Source: a bacterium | Lineage (GTDB): Bacteria; SZUA-182; DTGQ01 | Assembly (NCBI GenBank): GCA_040752695.1 | Contig: JBFMGO010000068.1 | Coordinates: 1 to 33,146, forward strand | Direction: 5' to 3' | DNA length: 33,146 nt | In this document: in pieces, positions 18,163 through 27,487 of the stretch | How the letters are laid out: every line of letters begins with the position of its first letter | How positions within the stretch are numbered: position 1 is the stretch's first letter | Notes under the pieces: model-generated | Database searches by the model: none | Told to the model about the DNA's origin: nothing | Seen by the model: only the letters and a program-made list of their open reading frames with translations | Translations under genes and position numbers: made by a program

Positions 18163-19662
18163 TTACCGGCCGGCCCGCTCTGCCTCTCTGAGGTGAAACT
18201 GGGCTGCCTTCTGATTTCCTTTGAGAGAAAAGTGTGTGCTGAAATTTTGATGGGCCTCTCTCATCTGTCCTTTCTGCTGGCAGAGTAATCCCAGCGTATA
18301 GTAATTCTCGGCGAAGTCCGGCTGCAATTCCCTGGACCGGTTCAGGCTGGCTATGGCCTTATCGAGCTGGTTCGTTTCTTTCAAGGTTCTCCCCAGATAG
18401 TGAAAAGCCAGAAAATCATCAGGGGTCATCCCGGTTACCTGCTCCAATTGTTTTTCCGCTTCCTGATACTTGCCCTGACGAAAAAGGCTGATTCCCATGT
18501 CGCGGAGTGCATCACCATCATGGGGATTAAGGTTCAGGCACTTTTGGAAATAGTCCAGGGATTCTTTCAGCCTGCCAACTTTTCCAAGAACCAGGGCCAG
18601 ACCGTAGAGCAGATCAGGGTTATTGGGATCACTTCGGTAAGCTTTCTGCAGATCCTGGTAATATTCCTGAGGGTGTTCGGTTTCGAGCCGGTTCCAGATT
18701 TGAAAGCGCCTGATGTTACCAGACGGTTTAGCGTGAGAGTCTGACGCCATCCGCTGGTTCATCTGCTCCAGATGGTAAATTCGCGTGTTCGTGGCCGGGT
18801 GAGTTGAGAGATAGACCGGAGGAATTATGGTGATCCGCTCCAGCCGGCGCAGTTTTTCCATAAAATCAATGGCACCCTGGCCTTGATATCCAGCCTTGAT
18901 AAGGTAGCTAAATCCTGTCTCATCCGCTTCATCCTCAAACTCACGGCTGTATTTGAGGAAGAAAGTCTGGTTCGTTCCGATACTGAAAGCCTGAATGGCT
19001 GTAGCCAGTTCAGCATCTTTTGCCAAAAGCAAGCCCGCTACCATAGCGGCCATGGTGGCCATGTCCACTTTCGATTTTTTCTCCATGAGCCTTCGAAAAT
19101 GAGTTTTGACAACGTGCGCGGTTTCATGGCAGAGTACAAAGGCCAGCTCATCTTCCGTTTTTACCGAGCTTAATAAACGTTCGGTGAAGAAAATATACCC
19201 GTTCGGCAGGGCGAAGGCATTGAGTTGATCGGACTTGATAACAAAGTAGCGAAACTCGAACCGGTTGGGATGAACCTGTTCGAGAATTCTTTTTCCGATC
19301 CGGTCAACGTAGGTTTGAATTAATGGGTTTTCAGTAAATTCCAGTTGGGACTTAAGTTCTTCGAAGATTTTTTTTCCAAGCTCGACATCCGAAGGAACAG
19401 GGGGACTCTCAGCAGATTCCCTCTGGACGGAATTTGCCGACTGATGATTGGCTGGATGCCGGGCCGGATGGTTGGCCGGATGTCTGGCTGGATGATAACC
19501 CGCGCAGCCTGCAAAGAGAACAGCAAGACACAGAAGGCAGATGAAACAGCTCAAGATGCCGGGAAGGTCCAAAAAACTCAGGGGGAAACGGCTGTTTGAC
19601 CGCCTGCGGATGGTATTCGGAGAACCGTTTGTACTCATCCCTCGTACTCTTCTTGCTTCCAT
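18163..19662 (-). CDS. BepA/YfgC-like M48 metalloprotease with TPR repeats, probable lipoprotein
   Basis: NAFALPNGYI, HETAH (HExxH), YSREFEDEAD, YLSTHP, C-terminal TPRs, lipobox LFAGC. Exact start uncertain. Confidence 0.93.
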   Translation of the reverse strand: MEARRVRGMSTNGSPNTIRRRSNSRFPLSFLDLPGILSCFICLLCLAVLFAGCAGYHPARHPANHPARHPANHQSANSVQRESAESPPVPSDVELGKKIFEELKSQLEFTENPLIQTYVDRIGKRILEQVHPNRFEFRYFVIKSDQLNAFALPNGYIFFTERLLSSVKTEDELAFVLCHETAHVVKTHFRRLMEKKSKVDMATMAAMVAGLLLAKDAELATAIQAFSIGTNQTFFLKYSREFEDEADETGFSYLIKAGYQGQGAIDFMEKLRRLERITIIPPVYLSTHPATNTRIYHLEQMNQRMASDSHAKPSGNIRRFQIWNRLETEHPQEYYQDLQKAYRSDPNNPDLLYGLALVLGKVGRLKESLDYFQKCLNLNPHDGDALRDMGISLFRQGKYQEAEKQLEQVTGMTPDDFLAFHYLGRTLKETNQLDKAIASLNRSRELQPDFAENYYTLGLLCQQKGQMREAHQNFSTHFSLKGNQKAAQFHLREAERAGR

Positions 19663-20295
19663 GATTGTACCCCTTTTTATACCTTACTCAGTATAATACT
19701 TTCGGTTCGCCATGAGATTATTCTATTACATTTGGCAGGGAAATAAAAGCTTTCGCTCATGCACGTTAGGAACAAAGCAGAAATTCACGACCCAGATACT
19801 TCACCAGGTTAGTGCCAAGTATGACATCAAGAGCTATTATAAGCATTTACGAGATCAGGGCAATTGCATCTAAATTTTAAGATTTGGACATGAGTATGGT
19901 AATTTTGGTAATATAGCCTCCGAAACCGCAAAAAAGGAGGAGGAAAAAATACCAGTAGCATACAGATCTTTGAAAGACAAAATAGAGGAAGTCTCTTTAC
20001 GGGACCAATTAAAAGGGGGCAGGCAAGGAAGCCTTGTGGAGCAATAGTGGAGCATTTTTCAAAATTGACAGATCCAATTGACAGATCCAAGAGTGGCTGG
20101 GTGGGATAACGATTACCTTCTCAAGGTATTATTGGGATAAGGATTTTCACGCAGATGCTTGGCTATAAGCCTATTCTAATAGAGGGTAACTTACCTCTGG
20201 TGCCTATGATGCCAGTCTTTAAATAACTTATCTTACCTGGGTGCGCAATCACATACTTTTAGATGCGTTAGCCCTGGATTGATCCTGGTTGGTTC

Positions 20296-20325
20296 TTGAC
20301 ACAAGAGGTAAAGTATGTTAAAAAT
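20296..20325 (+). promoter_or_regulatory. sigma70-type promoter for the tRNA
   Basis: TTGACA-17 bp-TAAAAA with TGn extension, ending 14 bp before the tRNA. Confidence 0.6.
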
Positions 20326-20338
20326 ATCATTCGGTTAT

Positions 20339-20417
20339 GCGCCCGTAGCTCAGTAATGGATAGAGCAAGGGATTCCTAATCCCTGTGCCGGAGGTTCGAG
20401 TCCTCTCGGGCGCACCA
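20339..20417 (+). tRNA. tRNA-Arg (anticodon CCT)
   Basis: Cloverleaf: GCGCCCG/CGGGCGC acceptor, GCTC/GAGC D-stem, AGGGA-TTCCTAA-TCCCT anticodon arm, GGAGG-TTCGAGT-CCTCT T-arm, encoded ACCA end. Confidence 0.97.
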
Positions 20418-20518
20418 TTTATTTTCAATGTGTTAGATCAACACAGCTTAGCCCCACATTCTTAATGTTATAGCTTTTGCCCCACAATAGCCCCACATTT
20501 TTTAGTATGCAGGAGTAA

Positions 20519-20959
20519 ATAAAGCGTCTTAGGCAGATGGTATTTGGTGCCAGCACAGAGAGTGCCAAGAATGTGCTGGGCAAAGCCACTCAGGATGCAC
20601 AAGGCGGCAGGGGGTGTAACCTTCAGGAGACTTCTGACAGCAGGGTTGATGAGCATGATGGAGAAAATGAGCAGAAAAACAAATGCAAAGGGCATGGGCG
20701 AAACAGTGCCCATACGTGTAGTGGAGCCGAGAAAGTCTTTGTGCCTTATGCAACCCTGAAATCCGGTGATCGTTGCCCTGCATGTTTGAAGGGAAGGGTA
20801 TACCGGACCAAAACACCTAAAACTATCGTGCGTGTTACGGGCACAGCACCACTTTCAGCCAGGGGATGGGAGTTGGAGAGCCTGCGCTGCAACCTGTGTG
20901 GAGAGGTGTTCAGCGCACAGGCACCACCAGAAGTAGGGGAAGAAAAATATGATGAAACG
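20519..20959 (+). mobile_element. IS66-family transposase (TnpC) internal fragment, remnant
   Basis: IKRLRQMVFGASTE (leucine-zipper end), KGHGRN, zinc finger CPAC...RCNLCGEVFSAQAP...EKYDET; no N-terminus or DDE domain; resemblance ends at about 20959. Confidence 0.82.
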
Positions 20960-21565
20960 CCTTGGCTGCGCGGCGCGGGTGGAAGCGGGTGTAATACGGC
21001 GTGCTGTGGTTTGACCTGCCAGGCCGGGAGATGGTACGCGGCTAATCTACCAGCCTTGTTACTTCCTACCTTCTTTTTTACTTAATTCTTTTAAAACATC
21101 ATCTAATTTATTAAAAATTATCTGGTAATTCTGCCTGTTTTCTGCCATAATGCTGAACCAGCGCCCTAATTATAGAAAGTGGGTTAAAACCTCTGGCCGT
21201 AAGAAGTAGCCGTGGATGTTGTAAAAAAGGACAAGAAAAAAGTAATTACAAAATTGTTTTCTTCATTACAAAAATCGCTCTCTTAAATTACAAAATTCGG
21301 TCCAGATAATGATAAAACACACTAGCTAGCTCTACTCATCTATCAGTCAGTGATCTGATCTAAAAATACAGACAATGTATTTCTTGTACCTTTCAGGTTA
21401 AATAACGACTTTAATTTCCATCGCATACATGGTTTATAAGATGAAAGAGGTACTATTTTCTACAAAATATGTGCTTGAGTTGTTCTATCCGGTATTAGAT
21501 ATGCTCATAGCCTATCTTGAAAAGTTACTCTAAACATTCACCACCCACGAGAAGGAGGAATTCGT

Positions 21566-22510
21566 ATGGTGAAAAAGTTTGCCGGTAGTACCTTTTTGGT
21601 AGTCCTCGCCCTGTTGTCCTTTTTAAATGCTCAAGCCATCGCTGCAGAGGTAAATCCGAACGGATTCCCGGCTGGTCCACACTATAACCTTAACATCATT
21701 GGAAAAGAGACAGGATTTACTTGCCCGGCATAAGAGTATTATTTAAAAGTCAGTAATTGTGGCTGTGGAGCCCACCAGGCAGGTGATCTTGTAAAGAGCT
21801 GTAATGAGCTCGACACATGTGAGCCGACAACAATTCCAATCTATGGTAATGTCGTTTTCGCGCCCGAGAATGGGGAAGGGATTGAGATCTATATGCAATC
21901 CGGAAACGTGAAGGGAAAGAAGGCTGCGGCCATTACCGAGCTTCAGGCGGTCGATCCCTGCGCCGGATTCGATGGCGATGGCGCTGTTATTCAGTTACCC
22001 CCAAATGAGGCCGGATATCGGGTATATGCCAGAGCTTTGGGTAAGCCTACAGATGATCCTGATATTCGAATATCCCCTGAGCTGATTGCAGTTGAAGATG
22101 AAAATGGAAATGACCTTGTCTATCTTGGGCTGGTGACTGATAGTGGGTTTGAAACTCCATCCGTTTCTTTCACCCGCACAAAGGGAAAATCTGTGGCCGT
22201 TGACATTACCGGCCTTTTCCAGTGGAGCGGCACTGTCTGTTATCTGACGGACCCGGGCGTGTATCTCGATACAAAAGACTTGTGCTGCATCGACACAGAC
22301 TTTGATGGTATCTTCAATGAATGTATTGATGCTATACTTGATCCAGATACCGGGCTCTTGACCTGTCCCGTAGACTACATATCCACCGTCGCTTACTGTA
22401 ATGAGTACACGGATGAGTGGATATTCAATATCGGTGACTTTGTGACCTATCTATGGAACACTGATAATAATGGAGTGAAGCTGCTCCAGATTAGATTCTA
22501 TCCGAATTAA
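21566..22510 (+). pseudogene. Cys-rich secreted hypothetical protein interrupted by an in-frame TAA at 21731-21733
   Basis: AAGGAGG RBS + ATG at 21566; signal peptide MVKKFAGSTFLVVLALLSFLNAQAIA; NGFPAGPHYNLNIIGK...TCPA*EYYLK... continues in the same frame into the 21893-22510 ORF. Confidence 0.85.
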
Positions 22511-22546
22511 AAATCTATTTCCTAACTAATAAAGTACTATCTGGTC

Positions 22547-22573
22547 AGCCAGCCTTGCCGTAAGAGGCTGGCT
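22547..22573 (+). terminator. Hairpin after the interrupted gene
   Basis: AGCCAGCCT-9 nt-AGGCTGGCT. Confidence 0.55.
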
Positions 22574-22630
22574 AATCAGTTTAATTATGGGCTCTTTTTT
22601 ACTATTATCTTAAAACAAAGGAGTAAAATT

Positions 22631-23746
22631 ATGAAATATTATATCATTACTTTATTATGTGCTTTTATGCTTATCTTTTCTGCCTGTGGTGAAAATGATA
22701 CCAGCAATGACATTGATAATGACAATGCGGGAATGACAGGTCTTTCCCTGAAAATGACTGATTCAGCAACGGAAGATTATAATGCTGTCTGGGTAACTAT
22801 CTCTGAGATCGAGGTTCAAAAAGATGGTGAAGACTCAAAGACTGTGTATCCTGAAGGTGTGAGCTTTCCCATCACAGTTGATCTCTTGAGTCTGCAAAAT
22901 GGAATTTCTACATCATTAGGATTATTTGATCTTGAGCCAGGACATTATACGCAGATCAGGTTACATCTCGGAAGTGAAATCGGTGAAATCAAAGGTAATG
23001 AGACTGTCCAGTCAGAATATCCTCCCCAGTATGCTAACTGTGTTTATGAAAATGACAGTTGTTATGAACTGACTATCCCGAGTGGATATCAAACTGGAAT
23101 TAAATTAAACCGGACCTTTGATATACAGGAAGACATACTCTATGAGCTGATGCTTGATTTTGATGCCAGAAAGTCTGTGCATCAGACTGGCTCTGGTTCC
23201 TATAAAATGCGTCCCACCATCCGCATTATTAAGGTTGATCTGACAGGAATAATTGCCGGTAAAAGTGAGCCCGGAGCAATCATTACAGCTCAGTTTCAAA
23301 ACCAGGACGCTTGCGGCACATTGAGTATTGCTCAGACAACCACCGCAGATGAGACTGGAAATTATCAATTATCTTTCCTTGAGCCCAAAACCTATACCAT
23401 TGTGGCAGTCAAGGATGGATTTCAGCCTGCCATAAGGACAAATATCGGGGTAAATGCCGGCGATACGAATGAACAGGATTTACTCTTAACTTCCGGGAAC
23501 CCATTCTCTTCTATTTCAGGTCAGGTAAGCAATCTGCCTGATGAGGATCAGGCCCCGCAAGTTAAAGCAATTACTTCCATAAACGATACCAATGTCATTT
23601 TGGATCATTCGCCTTTGAGCTCTGAAGGTTCGTATACCCTCCATATTCCACCAGGCGATTATACCTTCTATTTTTGTGCAGAAAATGAAGAGCCTGTATT
23701 GGTGACAGTCGGACCAGAGGACAGCACAGTGGATGCAAGCTTTTAA
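22631..23746 (+). CDS. DUF4382-domain lipoprotein with carboxypeptidase-regulatory-like beta domains
   Basis: Lipobox IFSAC; LKMTDS...VWVTISEIEV...VDLLSLQNG...GHYTQIRL...PSGYQTGIKL...LDFDARKSV...YKMRPTI pattern; AAGGAG RBS. Confidence 0.88.
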   Translation: MKYYIITLLCAFMLIFSACGENDTSNDIDNDNAGMTGLSLKMTDSATEDYNAVWVTISEIEVQKDGEDSKTVYPEGVSFPITVDLLSLQNGISTSLGLFDLEPGHYTQIRLHLGSEIGEIKGNETVQSEYPPQYANCVYENDSCYELTIPSGYQTGIKLNRTFDIQEDILYELMLDFDARKSVHQTGSGSYKMRPTIRIIKVDLTGIIAGKSEPGAIITAQFQNQDACGTLSIAQTTTADETGNYQLSFLEPKTYTIVAVKDGFQPAIRTNIGVNAGDTNEQDLLLTSGNPFSSISGQVSNLPDEDQAPQVKAITSINDTNVILDHSPLSSEGSYTLHIPPGDYTFYFCAENEEPVLVTVGPEDSTVDASF

Positions 23747-23754
23747 AATCTCTC

Positions 23755-23795
23755 CAGGGTAAGACTGGCGCTTTTCAGTCTTACCCTGTCTTTTC
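23755..23795 (+). terminator. Rho-independent terminator
   Basis: CAGGGTAAGACTG-8 nt-CAGTCTTACCCTG (13-bp stem) followed by TCTTTT. Confidence 0.8.
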
Positions 23796-24043
23796 TCTTC
23801 CTGCCTCCGTCAACTCCTATGGAACCACTTCATAATGATTTACCGTCCTTTTTCTGATAATCTTCAATAATCGCTTTTCATCTTTATTTTTAAATCCATA
23901 AGCGTATAATAGGTGTATAATTTGTGTGTATCCTAACTAAAAATATGTATATTCCAACTAAAAATCAGTAGCCAAGTGTCTTTACTTGTTATGAAATACA
24001 CCATACAGCCTAAAAGGAGAAGAGCACAATAAGGGAGGAAGAC

Positions 24044-27000
24044 ATGGAAAGGCAATCCGCTGTTTCCGGTAAATACCCAACCATCGTGGCTGGTGTAATA
24101 GTATTGGCAGTGTTATATCTCATAAGTCTTTATAATGGCCTCCTTGCCCACAGCCTGGCAGAGATATTCGGTATTGTCGTGGCCTGTGGCATTTTCATGA
24201 CCAGTTGGAACTCGCGCCAGTTCCAGGATAACGATTACTTTTCATTTCTTGGTATTGCCTATCTTTTTATCGGCGGACTGGAAATACTGCATCTTTTATG
24301 TTATCCGAGCCTCCAGATATTTCAGGGTCTGGAGAGCAATGTGAGCCTGGCGATGCAGCTTCAGGTTTCTGCCCGCTTTGTCGAAAGTGCCTCTTTGCTC
24401 ATAGCTCCCCTTTTCATTGGCCGGAAAATGCGAACCAGATATATATTCTCCGGCTACTCCTTAGCTGTTCTCCTTCTGCTGGGAGTCATCGGTTTAGGGC
24501 GTAATGCTCCTGTCTATTTTATCGAAGGAACGGGATTAACCATCCCTGGTAAAATCAGCGAATCCGTCATCTGCCTGACCCTCCTTGCTTCTATCGTTTG
24601 CCTGATTCAAAAACGCAGGGAGTTTGACATAAATGTACTTCAATTATTGATCACTGCCATCATGGTAACCATAGGTTCAGAATTGATCACTGCCTTTTTT
24701 GTTGTACGTGCTGTTGGTCATTACACGCTGACTGCACATTTTTTCAAGGTCTTTTCATTTTTCCTCATCTATGAGGCCATTATTGCAATCGGCCTGATGA
24801 AGCCTTATCAGCTTCTTTTCCGCAATCTGAAGCAAAGCGAGGAGCTTTACAGGAAAAGCTCGGATCAGTGTGCGATTCACCTTTCGCAGTCAAGGAGGGA
24901 GTTGACCATCAGGAATCAGATCTCCGACATCTTCCTGACCTTTCCAGATGATCAGATGTACGCTGAAGTGCTGCAGGTCATCCTGAATGCCATGGACAGC
25001 AAGTATGGATTATTTGGATACATCAGAGAGGATGGAGCCTTGGTCTGTCCGTCCATGACCAGGGATATCTGGGACCAATGTTGCATGCCCGATAAAAGGA
25101 TTATCTTTCACCCCAGAGAATGGGGTGGTGTCTGGGGTCAGTCCCTCACCGAGAGAAAAACCGTTCGGTTGGACGGCGCTGGCTGCGTGCCGAAGGGGCA
25201 TATCCCGATAATCAGGGCACTGGCTGTGCCCATTATCCATCAGGAGCAGGTCATCGGAGAGATTGCAGTCGCCAACAAGGCAACCGACTATACTCAAAAA
25301 GATCAACTGTTGCTGGAAACCATTGTTAACACGAAAGTTGCTCCCATCCTTTATGCACGATTGCAAAGAGAGATTCAGAAAAGGGAACGTAGACTGGCGG
25401 AGGAATCAATCAGGGCTGCCTACGCCGAGATTGACCAGATATTTAATGTTGTAGCAGATGGGATACGGGTTGTTGATAAGAATTTCACCATGCTAAGAAC
25501 CAATAAGACATTTTTAACCCTGACAGGTTTCAGCCAGGATGAGGTGGCAGGAAAGAAGTGCTATGAAGTATTTCCCGGCTCTATCTGTCATACCTCTGCC
25601 TGCCCTTTGGTACGAATTCTTGCTGGCGAAGAGCATGTTGAATGTGATGTTGTAAAGGAGCGTCGCAATGGCCAGAAAATTTCCTGTCTGGTGAACGCGA
25701 CTCCTTTTCGGGGACCTGACGGTGAGATGATCGGCATTGTTGAGGGTTTCAGGGACATCACCGAGCGAAAACAAATGGAGGAGCAACTGCTCAGGGCTAA
25801 AGAAGAGGAAGAGGCCAGATATCTGACGCTGGTAGAGCAGGCTAATGATGGGGTGGTTATTATCCAGGATGGCGTGTGGAAATTCGTCAACACGACCATG
25901 GCCGAAATCGTCGGCTATACGGTCGAAGAAATGACGGACAGACCCTTTTGGGAGATCATATCGCCTGAATACAGGGATCTTATTATTCAAAGATATCATT
26001 TACGTCTGGCCGGACAGGATGTTCCCTCCTTTTATGAGGCCAGTTGTCAAACCAAGGATGGAACGATCAGGAACGTTGAAGTTTCATCCGGATTAATCCA
26101 ATATGAGGGGAAGCCCGCTGTTTTAGGCATTATCCGGGACATCACCAACCGCAAGAGAATGGAGGAGGAGCTTTTTAAGGCTCAGAAACTGGAGTCTATC
26201 GGTATTCTGGCTGGCGGTATTGCCCATGACTTTAACAATCTTTTGACCGCAATTATCGGCAATCTTTCCCTTATCGAAATGCACATGAAGTCTGGTTGCA
26301 GCATCTTTGATGCCTTGAAGAATACGGAAAGAGCGTCCTTTCAGGCCAGGGAACTGACTCAGCAGTTGCTCACCTTCTCCAAAGGCGGCAGGCCGGTCAG
26401 GAAGGATGTTTCCCTTGCTAGGCTGTTGAAGGATACCGCACATCTTGCCTTGAGCGGTTCCAATGTAAGATACCGGTTATTCCTGCCTGATAATTTGTGG
26501 TGGGCTGAAATTGATGAGGGGCAGATAAACCAGGTAATCAATAATTTGGTTATCAATGCCGATCAGGCCATGCCTGAAGGCGGAATACTCGATGTGTATG
26601 CCGAAAATGTCGTGGTCAGACAGGATGATGGCCTGCCGTTGGCAGGTGGCGGATATATCAAGGTTTCAATCCGGGACCAGGGGATCGGTATACCGAAAGA
26701 ATACCTTCCGCGTATATTTGATCCCTATTTTACCACCAAGCAGAAGGGAAATGGCCTTGGCCTGGCCATATCCTATTCTATCATCAAGAATCATGGCGGT
26801 TACATAGCGGTGGAATCAAAAATGGGAGCAGGGACAACGTTCTCCTTTTACCTGCCCGCTTCGAAAAGGGAAACCTTTATGGTGGAGGATATCGTCGAGC
26901 AAGGGCCTACCTGCGGCCATGGGAAGGTTTTATTCATGGATGATCAGGAGATCATCAGAGACATGGCCGAAGAGATGCTGGCTGACCTTGGCTACGAGAT

Positions 27001-27337
27001 TGAATTGGCCAGGGATGGCCATGAGGCACTTAAGCTCTACAGGGAAGCAAAAGAGTCTGGCCGGGCCTTTGATGTTGTTATCCTGGACTTAACAGTGCCG
27101 GGAGGAATGGGAGGTGATGAGGCCATACGGAAGCTGCTTGAAATCGATCCTCAGATTAAGGCAATTGTTTCAAGTGGTTATTCCAATGACCCTATTATGT
27201 CTGAGTATGAACAGCACGGATTCAAAGGCGTGGTTGCCAAACCGTATAAAATCAATGAACTGAGCCGGGAGTTGCATAAAGTGCTGAAGGATAGCCAGGG
27301 ACCGATTCCCACAAGGGGAGTGACCAGGGGAAGATGA
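24044..27337 (+). CDS. MASE3-GAF-PAS-PAS hybrid sensor histidine kinase/receiver
   Basis: MASE3-like TM region, GAF (PKGHIPIIRALAVPI...ANKATDYT), two PAS, AHDFNNLL H-box, HATPase, receiver; GGAGG RBS. Confidence 0.96.
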   Translation: MERQSAVSGKYPTIVAGVIVLAVLYLISLYNGLLAHSLAEIFGIVVACGIFMTSWNSRQFQDNDYFSFLGIAYLFIGGLEILHLLCYPSLQIFQGLESNVSLAMQLQVSARFVESASLLIAPLFIGRKMRTRYIFSGYSLAVLLLLGVIGLGRNAPVYFIEGTGLTIPGKISESVICLTLLASIVCLIQKRREFDINVLQLLITAIMVTIGSELITAFFVVRAVGHYTLTAHFFKVFSFFLIYEAIIAIGLMKPYQLLFRNLKQSEELYRKSSDQCAIHLSQSRRELTIRNQISDIFLTFPDDQMYAEVLQVILNAMDSKYGLFGYIREDGALVCPSMTRDIWDQCCMPDKRIIFHPREWGGVWGQSLTERKTVRLDGAGCVPKGHIPIIRALAVPIIHQEQVIGEIAVANKATDYTQKDQLLLETIVNTKVAPILYARLQREIQKRERRLAEESIRAAYAEIDQIFNVVADGIRVVDKNFTMLRTNKTFLTLTGFSQDEVAGKKCYEVFPGSICHTSACPLVRILAGEEHVECDVVKERRNGQKISCLVNATPFRGPDGEMIGIVEGFRDITERKQMEEQLLRAKEEEEARYLTLVEQANDGVVIIQDGVWKFVNTTMAEIVGYTVEEMTDRPFWEIISPEYRDLIIQRYHLRLAGQDVPSFYEASCQTKDGTIRNVEVSSGLIQYEGKPAVLGIIRDITNRKRMEEELFKAQKLESIGILAGGIAHDFNNLLTAIIGNLSLIEMHMKSGCSIFDALKNTERASFQARELTQQLLTFSKGGRPVRKDVSLARLLKDTAHLALSGSNVRYRLFLPDNLWWAEIDEGQINQVINNLVINADQAMPEGGILDVYAENVVVRQDDGLPLAGGGYIKVSIRDQGIGIPKEYLPRIFDPYFTTKQKGNGLGLAISYSIIKNHGGYIAVESKMGAGTTFSFYLPASKRETFMVEDIVEQGPTCGHGKVLFMDDQEIIRDMAEEMLADLGYEIELARDGHEALKLYREAKESGRAFDVVILDLTVPGGMGGDEAIRKLLEIDPQIKAIVSSGYSNDPIMSEYEQHGFKGVVAKPYKINELSRELHKVLKDSQGPIPTRGVTRGR

Positions 27338-27487
27338 TCGTTACCATGCACTCGCCTCTACCTTTGATCAGCAAAAAGGGAGGATCTTCGCGCCTCGAAA
27401 AGGCTCACTTTTCGAAAAACGGGGCTATAACATACTCTTTTTTTATGCTATAATAAGTAATAACTATATGAATCTGAAAACAGATGG

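Noticed and set aside
19803..19818. Minus-strand TTGGCACTAACCTGGT as a sigma54 promoter for the M48 gene
   Set aside because: Good -24 block, but the -12 position reads GT in TGGT rather than GC in TTGC.
20960..21085. C-terminal part of the 182-aa ORF as transposase
   Set aside because: IS66 resemblance stops at KYDET; the rest looks like read-through into unrelated DNA.
21731..21733. Selenocysteine/pyrrolysine or alternative-code readthrough
   Set aside because: The codon is TAA, not TGA or TAG, and TAA terminates several genes in the window.
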